DNA of 64,000 bases from Pseudobdellovibrionaceae bacterium (GTDB lineage Bacteria > Bdellovibrionota > Bdellovibrionia > Bdellovibrionales > Bdellovibrionaceae), in NCBI GenBank assembly GCA_039810425.1, contig JBDHWW010000002.1, positions 80,516-144,515 of the forward strand, read 5' to 3'. The position numbers and the translations under genes are program-made. Below are positions 48,327-60,617 of the stretch, one piece after another (position 1 is the first letter of the stretch; the number at the start of each line of letters is the position of its first letter). The notes below the pieces were generated by a model. That model was given only the letters and a program-made list of their open reading frames with translations. It was not told the origin of the DNA and did not search any database.

Positions 48327-50399
48327 CTAGTCGTGCCAAGGCTCAAAAGCAGACGTCAAACCAGTCATCTTTGATTTCAGCTCAGGCATATGGCGCCCGA
48401 TAACCTGCGCCATAGTCCCTTCGTTGTCGATCCAATCTAGACCCGCTTGCGTGTAGTGGGCTGCATTGTAATCAACCGTGTAAAAACGGTCTGTCATCAA
48501 ACGACGTGATGCCATCAGGATAAAGATTTGGAAGAGTGTTTCACCGAAGCCGAAGTCTTTAGGACGAACTTCCTCTGCCAAAGTACCCACGAGCAAATCG
48601 ATCATCTCAACGTTATCGTTACCTACTGAATCACGACCGTAAACTTTGTAGAACTTGTCTACAACAGCAACCTGTCTTGCATCCAAAGGCTTACTCACAG
48701 GAAAGAAGTCCTTGTAAGACTTGATTGGCTTTAAGCCGATCGCTCTTCTGAATTGGTTGTAACGAGGCACACCTCTTTCGCGGTCTCTGATGATATCAAC
48801 CATGCCCAAATCCATTTCGCCGTGGCCTGGAACTGTAAATTCCTGCATGAATTTTGGGAAGTTGTTCAAAACCAACTGCCCTGGGTGCTGAGTACCGAAA
48901 GAGTAGTACAAATCTTTCAAACTGTGAGTCGCCATGATGTTGTAACTTTTATTATTACGAGTCTCGGCAAACGGGACTGGCTCGACTTTACCAGGTTGAC
49001 CTAAAACCTTAAAGTTTAAAGTTTCCGGCAACAATGAGTGCAGCCGATAAACAGATGTGAACTCTTCAGTGATGGAGAACGGGACACCCGCATTCCAAGT
49101 TTTATCACCAACCACACCACCCACTAAGTACCCTTCTTTGAGGCCGGGAATGATGTCTGTTTTGCCTAAACCAGGAATGCGCTTTATAAGCTTCGACCAA
49201 GTTTGTGGATTCGACAACCCGTACCAGTTACCGTACATACCGGCACGCAAAACCTTATTAGGTAAGATTGCCGGAGTCCATTCCACGGTATGAATTTTTG
49301 CCAAAACGGCCGCGTTGATCAACCGAGCGGTTTGGAACACTTGCTCATCGAGGCCTTTTTCGTCAAGAACTTTAACTTCCTTGCCGTTTTTCCATGTGAA
49401 CTTTTGACTATTTGGATCATAAGTCACATACTTCTTCATCAATGTGTCTGCTATCGCGTTGTGCTCTTTTACGAAGAGAGTGTGCAGCATACTAAGACCA
49501 ACCCACCAGTTGTCACGGAAGCCCGTCACTTCATAACCGTTGTTCTGTCTGTTATCAGCTGGATTCAGATTATTATTTTTAGGTAAGATCTCGTTACCGT
49601 TAACAACTTCAGTACGCATTTTACCGCGTGAGAAACTCCTCAACACATTTTGTTCGTTTTGCCTGTTACCATAGATCTGAGAAGCATCCCACCAGTGAGT
49701 AGAATCATTGGCGGAAACTTTATCGTAACCGTCTTTATATTGAGAACGAACGGCCGGATTGTCCTTGGTTCTGTCGACCACATGTTCAACACCGTCTGGA
49801 CCTTTGATTTTATATTGATTGCCGACCATGTTAGGCCCGTGAGTCAGCCAATCATGATTCATGAACTGGATCCAAACACCGGCCAGCATGTTCAAAAATG
49901 GAACTGGCTTGAATTCATCGCGCGTGAAGAACTCTTTTGAAACCACTGCCGGGTTGGGAATCATCACCTTCTCTTGGGCTTTCTTATCGATAAACTCAGG
50001 CGCTACGTTGCGGCCAAAAGCAACACCGGCAGCCCCGATATGACCATCTGAAAGATCATTGCAAGAACCGTCCGCTTGTCTAAAGTTCGTATTTACTTTT
50101 GAACAATCGATCGGAGCGTAACCGAAATAACCAACATGGGGATCATGAAGATTATTCTTAAAGAGACTGTCGCGCATTTTTTTTAGATCAAGTAAACCTC
50201 TCAGCTGACCTTTTTCCGACCAAGTTGTCCAAGGAGTGTCCGCCAATTCAGAACTTGGTGCCCGACGAACTTCATCGCTTCCCGTGGGAATCGAAGTATC
50301 AAAAATATACTGTGTTGTATTCGTAGCAGGCCCATGGGCGCAAGACGACAGCACCATGCTCGTGCTGATAAGAACGGATATTATCATCCTCTGATTCAT
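48327..50399 (-). CDS. Heme peroxidase-cyclooxygenase family lipoprotein, fatty-acid alpha-dioxygenase-like
   Basis: Lipobox LSSC; WIQFMNHDW, HWWDASQIYG, KIHTVEWTPAIL, EEFTSVYRLHSLLP, RDRERGVPRYN. Confidence 0.88.
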   Translation of the reverse strand: MNQRMIISVLISTSMVLSSCAHGPATNTTQYIFDTSIPTGSDEVRRAPSSELADTPWTTWSEKGQLRGLLDLKKMRDSLFKNNLHDPHVGYFGYAPIDCSKVNTNFRQADGSCNDLSDGHIGAAGVAFGRNVAPEFIDKKAQEKVMIPNPAVVSKEFFTRDEFKPVPFLNMLAGVWIQFMNHDWLTHGPNMVGNQYKIKGPDGVEHVVDRTKDNPAVRSQYKDGYDKVSANDSTHWWDASQIYGNRQNEQNVLRSFSRGKMRTEVVNGNEILPKNNNLNPADNRQNNGYEVTGFRDNWWVGLSMLHTLFVKEHNAIADTLMKKYVTYDPNSQKFTWKNGKEVKVLDEKGLDEQVFQTARLINAAVLAKIHTVEWTPAILPNKVLRAGMYGNWYGLSNPQTWSKLIKRIPGLGKTDIIPGLKEGYLVGGVVGDKTWNAGVPFSITEEFTSVYRLHSLLPETLNFKVLGQPGKVEPVPFAETRNNKSYNIMATHSLKDLYYSFGTQHPGQLVLNNFPKFMQEFTVPGHGEMDLGMVDIIRDRERGVPRYNQFRRAIGLKPIKSYKDFFPVSKPLDARQVAVVDKFYKVYGRDSVGNDNVEMIDLLVGTLAEEVRPKDFGFGETLFQIFILMASRRLMTDRFYTVDYNAAHYTQAGLDWIDNEGTMAQVIGRHMPELKSKMTGLTSAFEPWHD

Positions 50400-50669
50400 G
50401 CAAACTCCTTTTACATGTTTGTATTTAAATTTTAAACAGTATGAATTTACTCTAAGATAGATACACTACGCTCGCAACACCAATGCGGGATACTTGTCCC
50501 GTCCTTGCAATGTGCGTTCGAAACCTCGACTAAGGAACCGTGGCGGGCCCAACAATGCATTAACAAACTTCATGGTGCATATTTGCACTGGACGCGATCC
50601 CGCGGGCGAAAATTTGTCTATGCAAACGCAGTTCAAGCACTGTTACAATAGAAGAGTTTCGGAGGATTC

Positions 50670-51668
50670 ATGAAAAAAAGGACAATTTCGTTTGGTGTAC
50701 TCGTCATCGCACTCATTGCAACTTACTCAATCGTCGATCTCGTGATCGAGCCCCCTGCAGCACGCGAACCCGCTTCTGTTCCGTCAAACTATGAATCCAT
50801 GAAGGCTTGTGAAAAGCAAGACGTCCTCTGGAGCAAAATCCAAGAAACCGTGTATAAAGAATTACCATCGGATCGCGATTTCGGATTGTTTCAATTGATG
50901 GCGATGAGTAAGCAAGAGGTCGGTGTTAAGGGAAAGAACTATTCCGATTTCGCTCCAACAGGCTGGAAAAAATACCTCCATGGCCGCTCAAGTGTCGCGA
51001 AGGCAAAACTCGTTCCCGTTGTCGGCAACAAATACACCGGCCTTCTTCAAAGCGGTGCCGAGTGCGCACTTTTAAGAATCTCTTTGACATACAAACCGAC
51101 CAGCAGCCGCCCGGTGGCTCCGGGCTTGGCATTTAAGATTTTCCGCGATGGAAATCCCAGCACTAACATTTCCGCATTAGTTTCATTGGATGGCCAGGGC
51201 CAAGACTACAATTTCTTTAAAAACCCCATGTCTAACATTGTTCCGGTAGGCGATGGTTTCGGTCAAAAAATGGTTCACAAAATTTTCTTAACAGCTACGC
51301 AGTATCCTGAGGAACTTGGCGCGCACGAATTCGGAGAAATGGACGTCCATGGGCAGAGAGTCGCTACTCCAGTGTCTCCCCGCCAGTTATTCTTTGTTCC
51401 AGGTCCTGGCTTAGGCTTCTCGTCGACTCCCCACGAACTTCGCGAAGACTATGCGAAAATTCCCGCAAACACCGTGATCTATCAAATCTTCGCGGCACCT
51501 GAAAAATACATTAGCTTTAACTATCTGATGGAGTATCAGCCCGCAAATGCTCAACTTTTTTTAAAAGAGTCCGAGCACATTGCAGATATCGTGACGACCT
51601 CAAGCTTCGTGGCTTCTCAGTTTGGCGACGACGGTATTTTCTTCAGACACCAACTCAGGCCTAAATAA
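50670..51668 (+). CDS. Exported catalase-fold (catalase-related) protein
   Basis: KYLHGRS, YTGL, LLRISL, PGLAFKIF parallel catalase H/RFS/GFAVKF motifs; N-terminal anchor. Confidence 0.55.
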   Translation: MKKRTISFGVLVIALIATYSIVDLVIEPPAAREPASVPSNYESMKACEKQDVLWSKIQETVYKELPSDRDFGLFQLMAMSKQEVGVKGKNYSDFAPTGWKKYLHGRSSVAKAKLVPVVGNKYTGLLQSGAECALLRISLTYKPTSSRPVAPGLAFKIFRDGNPSTNISALVSLDGQGQDYNFFKNPMSNIVPVGDGFGQKMVHKIFLTATQYPEELGAHEFGEMDVHGQRVATPVSPRQLFFVPGPGLGFSSTPHELREDYAKIPANTVIYQIFAAPEKYISFNYLMEYQPANAQLFLKESEHIADIVTTSSFVASQFGDDGIFFRHQLRPK

Positions 51669-51697
51669 TTCTACAAAGGCATCTTGCTATCGGCGGA

Positions 51698-52300
51698 CTA
51701 GGGATGTGGGTTATGAACAGCGCTGATCTTTTGACTCACTGCTTTTAGACTTTGCCCCAAAGAATCAGCGCCCTGCTCAAGAATTTTGATTTTGGACTCT
51801 TGCCCTATTTTCTTCATAGTCAATGCCTCTTCAATCAATGGTCGCAACTGCGTTTCAAACTCTGCTAGACGTGTCTTCAATTGAGCCTGCTCCTCTTCAG
51901 TGAGCTGTACGCCCTCTTGAAGCCTAAAGCCATTCAATGAAGAGGTCAGATCGCGCACCTTTTCACCGAGAAGACGGAACTCCTCCATCTTGCGCTGTTG
52001 CTCTTCTTTTCTTGTCTGTAAAATATCCGCACGAACTGCAACGATCTTAGCTGCGTGCTCGGCTTGACCACGGAGATCCGATAGTGCCTGGGACATCACG
52101 ACCACTTCTTGTGAGACACCTTCTCCGCATTCAGCGAAGTACCTGACCAAACGCTCCACTTGGTCAAAGTCAAAATCGGACTTGAGGTCTATAGTTTCGA
52201 TTTTCTCGCCCAAGCGGACGAGCTCAGAAAAGTAATTATCGAGCTTTAAAACAGATTGCAAAAAAGGCGACGGATTTTTGATTTTAAGAGAATCATTCAT
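51698..52300 (-). CDS. Coiled-coil hypothetical protein
   Basis: Heptad-rich ORF. Confidence 0.6.
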   Translation of the reverse strand: MNDSLKIKNPSPFLQSVLKLDNYFSELVRLGEKIETIDLKSDFDFDQVERLVRYFAECGEGVSQEVVVMSQALSDLRGQAEHAAKIVAVRADILQTRKEEQQRKMEEFRLLGEKVRDLTSSLNGFRLQEGVQLTEEEQAQLKTRLAEFETQLRPLIEEALTMKKIGQESKIKILEQGADSLGQSLKAVSQKISAVHNPHP

Positions 52301-52396
52301 AGAGCGGTTTATGACATATTTGTTTATAAAAGCCAAATTTTTAACCACCGCCAAAGAAGAATTTGCTCTACGAAATCGATGTAATTTAAATATACA

Positions 52397-52795
52397 ATGG
52401 TTTCAGGGGCTTATATGATCATCAAGATGAACGACCGCTCGCCTTTTTCTAAAAAAGTTATTCAGCTTATCCAGGCAATTCCGAAAGGTAAAATTGCTAC
52501 TTACGGGCAAATCGCAAAGCTTGCCGGAAAGCCGCAGGGCTCACGCGGAGTTTCGTGGATTCTGCACTCCTCGTCAAAGGCTCACAATCTGCCTTGGCAG
52601 CGGGTGCTGAATTCTAAAGGAATGATTTCGTTTCCGATGGATTCCGCGGAGTTCAAAAGACAAAAGCAGCTTCTCGTCAAAGAGGGCATCGATTTCAACG
52701 AAGCCGACCAAATTGATCTTAAAAAGTTTCAGTGGAGAAGAAAGCCCGCGGCCAAGAAGCCAGCGAAGAACAAGCCAAAATTATTTTCCTCGTAA
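52397..52795 (+). CDS. MGMT/ATL family alkyl-DNA binding protein
   Basis: IPKGKIATYGQIA, LPWQRV (Trp in place of catalytic Cys); start uncertain. Confidence 0.85.
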   Translation: MVSGAYMIIKMNDRSPFSKKVIQLIQAIPKGKIATYGQIAKLAGKPQGSRGVSWILHSSSKAHNLPWQRVLNSKGMISFPMDSAEFKRQKQLLVKEGIDFNEADQIDLKKFQWRRKPAAKKPAKNKPKLFSS

Positions 52796-54139
52796 ACGCT
52801 TCAACTGAGCTCGTTGATAAGCCCCGAAGACTCCGTTAAAAAGGCAGCGGATGAGGGGGTCTTCGACAATATCCGCCTCTGCAATTTCCCGCTCAATCGT
52901 AGAGGCGAAAGTCACGCCGTTAATCCGCACATACATAGACGTCAGTGATTCACCTTCGGCTAGCGCACCGAAAAGCTTCGCCATAGGGACTTCTGTCGTC
53001 CATCCGAGCTCGCTCTCAGGAACATCTTTCTCTAACTGAAGAGTGCTTCGTTGGGCACGATAAAAAAAATGAGTGGCCTGGCCGTAATGATCATAAATCG
53101 TAAGCCGCCAAGCACGCGCTTTACTAAAGTAACAGCTCTCAGGCTCGTCTAACGATTGATACTTTTCGATTATTCCGCAGCGACAATATTCTAAGACCGC
53201 CGCTTTTTGCTCCGCACTGAGAGGGGTAAAATGCTTGGCAATTTCCGCTGTCGCCGGCGGCGGCAGTTTCGGCCAGTAATCGTAGTCCAAGTTTTGCTCC
53301 CCGACAGGCTGAATCCACGGCAGTGGCTCCGCGGAAGCCAGCGCCTGGGCGGTTAAATAGACTGATGCCGACGGGTTCAGGCGCACCACTTGCGCGGCTG
53401 GTAACGCCGCTTGGACTTCTTTTGCAAACCGTGCGTACGTCACTGGAAAAAAAGCATGATTGTACCAAGACCACGGTTCCATCTGAAACTGACACGAACT
53501 CGGAATCACATAACGCGGTTTCAAAATGCGCAACTGTGCAAGCCACTCGCCGGGTATGGAATCCGGCGCGGGCTCCGCGCGCAAAGGCGCAATCACCTCG
53601 AGTTCCCGCATCGTTTGAAACGGCCACATGACCAAGTCCCAAGGACTTTCGTTTGCAAGCAACTCCAGAGTGTCGTGATCAATCCATGCATCGACAACAT
53701 TCAGAATATTCATTCCGCCCGCTTTGACTTGCAATATGGAGTCGACGTCCGCATCCAGCGCCCGGCGTGGAATCACTTCGATAGCACCAATCCCTACCGG
53801 TACATTGAGATTCAGCGGGAACACATTTTGAAATCCAAGTTCGCGAATCCAATCAAAAATCTCCTCGAATACGCAAAACATGTAGATCGGAGTTTCTCGT
53901 GAAAGCAGGTTCAGGCTTTCGAAGGAGCAATGATCGTCATGAAAGTGTGAAATGAAGACCGCATCGAATTTCAGTTCACGGATTTTTTCTTCATCAAAAT
54001 GAACTGGCGGAAAGGCATAGCAGTTTCTACTAAAGGGATTCTCAAAGATCGTATCAAACGCGATCTTTTTAGTTTGACCATTCTCGGTGCATTCTATGAC
54101 GTAACCGGCATGCAGAATTCGTGAAATCTTCAACGACAT
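52781..54139 (-). CDS. Metallo-beta-lactamase-fold protein
   Basis: ISHFHDDH, HAGY, DVDS, NVVD. Confidence 0.78.
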   Translation of the reverse strand: MSLKISRILHAGYVIECTENGQTKKIAFDTIFENPFSRNCYAFPPVHFDEEKIRELKFDAVFISHFHDDHCSFESLNLLSRETPIYMFCVFEEIFDWIRELGFQNVFPLNLNVPVGIGAIEVIPRRALDADVDSILQVKAGGMNILNVVDAWIDHDTLELLANESPWDLVMWPFQTMRELEVIAPLRAEPAPDSIPGEWLAQLRILKPRYVIPSSCQFQMEPWSWYNHAFFPVTYARFAKEVQAALPAAQVVRLNPSASVYLTAQALASAEPLPWIQPVGEQNLDYDYWPKLPPPATAEIAKHFTPLSAEQKAAVLEYCRCGIIEKYQSLDEPESCYFSKARAWRLTIYDHYGQATHFFYRAQRSTLQLEKDVPESELGWTTEVPMAKLFGALAEGESLTSMYVRINGVTFASTIEREIAEADIVEDPLIRCLFNGVFGAYQRAQLKRLRGK

Positions 54140-54193
54140 CGTGGCCACAATATCTATATAACTTATTGAAATTGCAAGAATAATCATCGACTA

Positions 54194-54254
54194 TTGACTT
54201 TTTTACCGCTTTATTTATATACTTAACTCATAAGTTAATTAACCTGAAGGTAAA
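54194..54254 (+). promoter_or_regulatory. Sigma70 promoter with tandem ArsR-type operators
   Basis: TTGACT-N18-TATACT; TTAACT-N4-AGTTAA and TTAACC-N4-GGTAAA at 54223-54254. Confidence 0.65.
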
Positions 54255-54256
54255 AT

Positions 54257-54622
54257 ATGCAAGATCACTTAAGCCAAACCTTTGCAGCCCTCGCGGATCC
54301 GACTCGTAGAGCGATGTTGGCCCGGCTTTCAAAAGGCGAAGCCAATGTTTCTGATTTAGCAAAACCCTTTTTGAAAGACATGAGCCTACCCGCGGTGACA
54401 AAGCACCTCAAAGTTTTAGAAAAAGCGGGACTCATTACAAAATCTAAAGACGCGCAATGGAGGCCCTGCAAGCTCAACAGCGAAGGCCTCAAAGACGTGG
54501 CCGATTGGATGGAACAGTATCGAATCTTCTGGGAAGAAAGTTTGGATCGTCTCGGAGACTATTTAAAAACCGTCACAGTGAAAGAAAAAACGAAAGGGAA
54601 AAAAAATGAGCGCAAAAGATAA
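54257..54622 (+). CDS. ArsR/SmtB family regulator
   Basis: FAALADPTRR, SLPAVTKHLKVLE, AQWRPC. Confidence 0.92.
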   Translation: MQDHLSQTFAALADPTRRAMLARLSKGEANVSDLAKPFLKDMSLPAVTKHLKVLEKAGLITKSKDAQWRPCKLNSEGLKDVADWMEQYRIFWEESLDRLGDYLKTVTVKEKTKGKKNERKR

Positions 54623-55562
54623 TGCCCACTCAATGACTCTCACACGTATCTACGATGCCCCGGTCAAGGCCGTGTGGGACGCTTGGACTGACCCGAAGCA
54701 GGTCGCCCAATGGTGGGGTCCGCGTGGCTTCACGATCACAACACACGCAAAAGATCTCCGTCCGGGAGGGTTCTGGAAATACACGATGCACGGACCTGAT
54801 GGCGTTAACTACCCAAACAATACGATCTATTATGAAGTAGAAAAGTATTCGCGCTTGGTTTACGACCACGGCGGCAGTGACAACACCCCTCCCCTTTTCC
54901 GAGTGACAGCAACTTTCAAAGAAATCGCCAAAGATAGAACAGAGCTCAAAATGACGATGGCGTTTGCTTCTGCGCAAGTTCTTGCAGAGTCGAAAAAGAT
55001 GATCAAAGCGGCGAACGGCAACTCCACCTGGGACCGTTTGGCGGAATTCCTGGACAAGGGATCCACTGGCAAAGAGAAGTTCGTTATCAACCGCACTTTC
55101 GATACGCCAATAACCACAATGTTTGAGATGTGGACGAATCCCAAGCACTTTTCAAAGTGGCTTGCACCGACGGGTTTTGATATGCATTTCATCCGCGCTG
55201 ACATTAAGCCAGGCGGCAGTAGTTTCTATTATATGAGTAATGCCGACGGTATGAAGATGTTCGGCCGCGCTGAGTACCTTGAAGTAAAGAGCCCCAACCG
55301 CATCGTTTACACTCAGCAATTTGCTGATGAGAACGAAAAAATCTCCCGCCACCCAATGGCACCGACGTGGCCGGCAACAATGCTGACCGTGGTGACCTTG
55401 GCTGAAGAGGGCCCGCATCAAACACGCGTGACCGTCGAGTGGGAAGCCACCGGAAGCGTGACTCCGGAAGAACTCGACACTTTCATCAAAGGAAGGGCGG
55501 GTATGACAATGGGTTGGACTGGTTCCTTCGACAAACTTGAAGAATACATCACCAAAATATAG
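54606..55562 (+). CDS. Tandem SRPBCC (AHSA1-like) protein
   Basis: AWTDP..VAQWWGP, MHGPDG; second domain ends GWTGSFDKL. Confidence 0.88.
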   Translation: MSAKDNAHSMTLTRIYDAPVKAVWDAWTDPKQVAQWWGPRGFTITTHAKDLRPGGFWKYTMHGPDGVNYPNNTIYYEVEKYSRLVYDHGGSDNTPPLFRVTATFKEIAKDRTELKMTMAFASAQVLAESKKMIKAANGNSTWDRLAEFLDKGSTGKEKFVINRTFDTPITTMFEMWTNPKHFSKWLAPTGFDMHFIRADIKPGGSSFYYMSNADGMKMFGRAEYLEVKSPNRIVYTQQFADENEKISRHPMAPTWPATMLTVVTLAEEGPHQTRVTVEWEATGSVTPEELDTFIKGRAGMTMGWTGSFDKLEEYITKI

Positions 55563-55574
55563 ATTTATTCCTCC

Positions 55575-55610
55575 CGGAAAGCTGCACTAGCTGCGGCTTT
55601 CCGAAATTTT
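55575..55610 (+). terminator. Terminator after ArsR-SRPBCC operon
   Basis: CGGAAAGCTGCA-CTAGC-TGCGGCTTTCCG then AAATTTT. Confidence 0.55.
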
Positions 55611-55747
55611 CAAAACGGGAAAACTGTTCGGTCTGATTTTGCGGCTCGTTCTGAGACTCTGGGAACAAACCTGGAACTCTACAGTATCCGATTCTTAGAC
55701 AGTGACTAAAGCGTGTGCGGTTTTAACAGTCGTGGTCGCCGCCTCAA

Positions 55748-55763
55748 CGGCATCAGGTTTGCT
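55748..55763 (+). promoter_or_regulatory. Sigma54 promoter
   Basis: CGGCATCAGGTTTGCT (GG-N10-GC). Confidence 0.6.
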
Positions 55764-55776
55764 CATCAAATAGTCC

Positions 55777-56526
55777 ATGAAGTATTCCATACTGCTCAAG
55801 CTTACAGGTCATGTGCTGGGTGCCTCGATCTTTTTGAACATCGCGGAAGCGGGTATTCAACACCTCTGCGCATCTAATATTGCAACGACGTCCGTCTATT
55901 ATACTCCAGATGTAAACCGCATCTGCGGACAATCAGTTCCATGCAAAAGTTTTAAGAAGGAAGTCCGGCTACAAGGCTCAGGAACTCTACCAGGTGGCAA
56001 GATCTATACCTACACTGGAAAAACCTCTAAATTAGATACCTCGTGTGATACGACCATTGGCTCAAGCGGTAAATGCCTCATTCCGTTCATCTCCGTCGCC
56101 GCAGACATGCGCTATTATGAACCTGGTGACATCATTCAAATGCCATCGCTCAAGGGAAAAATTATTAATCTTCCGGATGGTAGCAAAATGGTTCATCCGG
56201 GATATCTCGTCGTACAAGACACGGGCGGCTCGATTCGAGGGCCAAATCGCTTTGATTTCTATATGGGGTCGATGGGCCTTCGTGACCCGCGTACCGGTAA
56301 AATTAATCGCGAGAACTCTTTCGGCTATTCCGCTTCAAGAGACACTCGCATGGTTGATGCTTCGGAATGCTCAGACTCAAAATCATTCACCGTTGTACGC
56401 CGTGGATCTGTTTCCTATGAAACGTCTTTAGCCGCGATTGACGATGCGCTTCGCGACGTCAGCGGCAATACACGTATGGCGCTTGCGAGCATCACACGTC
56501 ACCGCTTACCGGCAGGATTTCAATAA
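55777..56526 (+). CDS. Secreted 3D-domain (MltA-like) peptidoglycan-active protein
   Basis: LQGSG, SVAAD, QDTGGSIRG, RFDFY. Confidence 0.8.
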   Translation: MKYSILLKLTGHVLGASIFLNIAEAGIQHLCASNIATTSVYYTPDVNRICGQSVPCKSFKKEVRLQGSGTLPGGKIYTYTGKTSKLDTSCDTTIGSSGKCLIPFISVAADMRYYEPGDIIQMPSLKGKIINLPDGSKMVHPGYLVVQDTGGSIRGPNRFDFYMGSMGLRDPRTGKINRENSFGYSASRDTRMVDASECSDSKSFTVVRRGSVSYETSLAAIDDALRDVSGNTRMALASITRHRLPAGFQ

Positions 56527-56966
56527 TGAACCCAATTAAAGTTGTCTGCGCTCTTATAATAGTGAACCTTTTAGCCGCGAGCCTGGCGTTCGCAAGCAAA
56601 GATATTTTACCTAGCCAAGAGCCCGACTCAACACCCGTGGATATGTCTAAACCGCCTTTCTTTATGTCGTCATATGACACCTTCCATGATCTTCAAGAAT
56701 CACAGAAGGATTTCTATCTCGCAAATATCCTGCCTTTATTAAAAAAAATCCCGGCGCTCAGACAGAAAACGCAAAAAGACCTCGACGAAGCCCGCGATTG
56801 GTATCAGTCTTGGGATCAAATCCGCAAAAAGGTCTATGAGTACTGCCAAGATCAAACAGTGCAGAAAACTTGCGATGAAATCGCTGACGTGCGCTTAAAA
56901 ACGTTCGATCTTTTTGCCAATCAGAAATACGAAAATCGTCTAGCTGACACCCAGCCCGTCAAGTAA
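56526..56966 (+). CDS. Secreted hypothetical protein
   Basis: Signal peptide AFA|; coupled by TAATG overlap. Confidence 0.65.
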   Translation: MNPIKVVCALIIVNLLAASLAFASKDILPSQEPDSTPVDMSKPPFFMSSYDTFHDLQESQKDFYLANILPLLKKIPALRQKTQKDLDEARDWYQSWDQIRKKVYEYCQDQTVQKTCDEIADVRLKTFDLFANQKYENRLADTQPVK

Positions 56967-57026
56967 CTGGGCTTTCGCTTTGTTATTTATAGCGAAAATC
57001 CCGGTTTTGGGAGATTATGTCGGTCT

Positions 57027-57056
57027 ATGAAACTAGTCTCTTGGAATGTAAACGGC
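57027..57056 (+). pseudogene. xth: 5' stub of exodeoxyribonuclease III gene (MKLVSWNVNG)
   Basis: Typical ExoIII N-terminus with SD-like GGGAG; similarity stops after Gly10 and the frame runs antisense into the next gene. Confidence 0.65.
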
Positions 57057-57143
57057 CGCTCACTGCCCGGAAGTCATGGGCTCAGACCACTGCCCTGTAC
57101 GCTTGACATGAAAGAAGTAGGTTCTGCTGAAGCAGCTTTTATC

Positions 57144-57641
57144 TTAGTCTTTCTTGTAGTTACTGATATTTTCGAAAAGCTTTTCCATGCGATAGTAAAG
57201 GTCGGCAATATTCTTGGATGGATCTTTTCCACCAAGCATGGAAGCTTCTTCAATCTTTTCAATGCAACGAATATCCTGGCAGATGAAATAAGACGTGCTG
57301 ACATTACCGTTCATCGCGATGGATAGCATTCCGATATCTTCAGAAGAGCCATAGGCGTGACACCAGTTACAAAGGCCACCCGTAGGTTCACCAATAGAAG
57401 CGGTGCGCTTAAACGCGACTCCACGCGGGCTTTCCCAATTCGGCATTTTAAAAACTAGATAGATGTAAACACCGGAAGGCTCTTTCCAGGTAAAATACGA
57501 ACGGACATTGAACGGGAATGAAAGCTTCTCAGGCAAGATCAGTTTCTTTTGATCGCGGTAACGAAATGCCTGGACGAGCTCACTTTCAGAAGCGATCGAG
57601 AATGTGATTTCAGTTCTATTCTTGTTTGTCACTGTGATCAT
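57144..57641 (-). CDS. FBP/FusB-family C-terminal Zn-finger protein
   Basis: W.EPSG..YLV, GLCNWCH, YFICQDIRC. Confidence 0.7.
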   Translation of the reverse strand: MITVTNKNRTEITFSIASESELVQAFRYRDQKKLILPEKLSFPFNVRSYFTWKEPSGVYIYLVFKMPNWESPRGVAFKRTASIGEPTGGLCNWCHAYGSSEDIGMLSIAMNGNVSTSYFICQDIRCIEKIEEASMLGGKDPSKNIADLYYRMEKLFENISNYKKD

Positions 57642-57669
57642 AGTAGCTTTACCACCGTCAGAAGATAGC

Positions 57670-57864
57670 TTAGTGATCACCATCAGCATCGCTCATTTTC
57701 TTTAAAACCATGGCGATGGTTTTAGAATCGACATTCGCCCGCTTCATCAAAGACCTTGCACGGCCGGCATCGTCAGAGTCAATAGCTTCAAAGAATGCTT
57801 CGACCTTACCGATCTCAGCCAGTTTCTCTAATACGAGAGTTCCTTCAAAGTCCTGTTCATCCAT
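57670..57864 (-). CDS. Small hypothetical protein
   Basis: MDEQDFEGTLVLEKLAEIG; SD-like AGGGAAG. Confidence 0.6.
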   Translation of the reverse strand: MDEQDFEGTLVLEKLAEIGKVEAFFEAIDSDDAGRARSLMKRANVDSKTIAMVLKKMSDADGDH

Positions 57865-57890
57865 TTTAGCTTCCCTTTTCCAAAACGATT

Positions 57891-57924
57891 TTGGCACCAC
57901 TCCTCATCTGAGAAGTGGTGCCAA
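57891..57924. repeat. Intergenic inverted repeat (REP-like or terminator)
   Basis: TTGGCACCACT-CCTCATCTGAGA-AGTGGTGCCAA. Confidence 0.55.
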
Positions 57925-58000
57925 TGATATCAAAGCCAGAAAGAATATTCAGCAATAACACATCGCGCTCTACGGTGCCGCCGGAGCCCGGCTTGATTTA

Positions 58001-60238
<2,238 letters not shown>

Positions 60239-60617
60239 TTATGGTTCCTAGGAGGAAATCAATTCCCGGACGAGTTGTCCAATGACGTTCTAAGTAAATT
60301 TTTTCTGCTGTCTAGCTCAATAACATATTTTCGTAGGCTTTGCTTATTGGCACATAATTAAAATTGAAGAAATTGGCAAAGCCCGTCTTCAGAAGGAAAC
60401 ATGCCATCTTTCCATTCCGGCTTTGTTATGACAGTGTCGAAGGCCCTAAACGGCGACGCAAAGATAGAATCGGCCCTTCTGAGATCGTTTGCTTCGATCA
60501 CTGACGAACCACCGCCAGAGACGACAAAAGAACCCGTAGAGCTTCTAACAGACGTCGCCCTGACGTACTTCGAACACCTATCCTCCCAGCCTTTTATTTC
60601 CAAAACCCGCCTCTGCG

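Noticed and set aside
53139..53902. Several 100-167 aa ORFs inside the MBL gene
   Set aside because: Alternate-frame or antisense shadows in GC-richer coding sequence
57027..57326. 99-aa ORF as an intact protein
   Set aside because: Only the first 10 codons resemble ExoIII; the rest is antisense to the FBP gene
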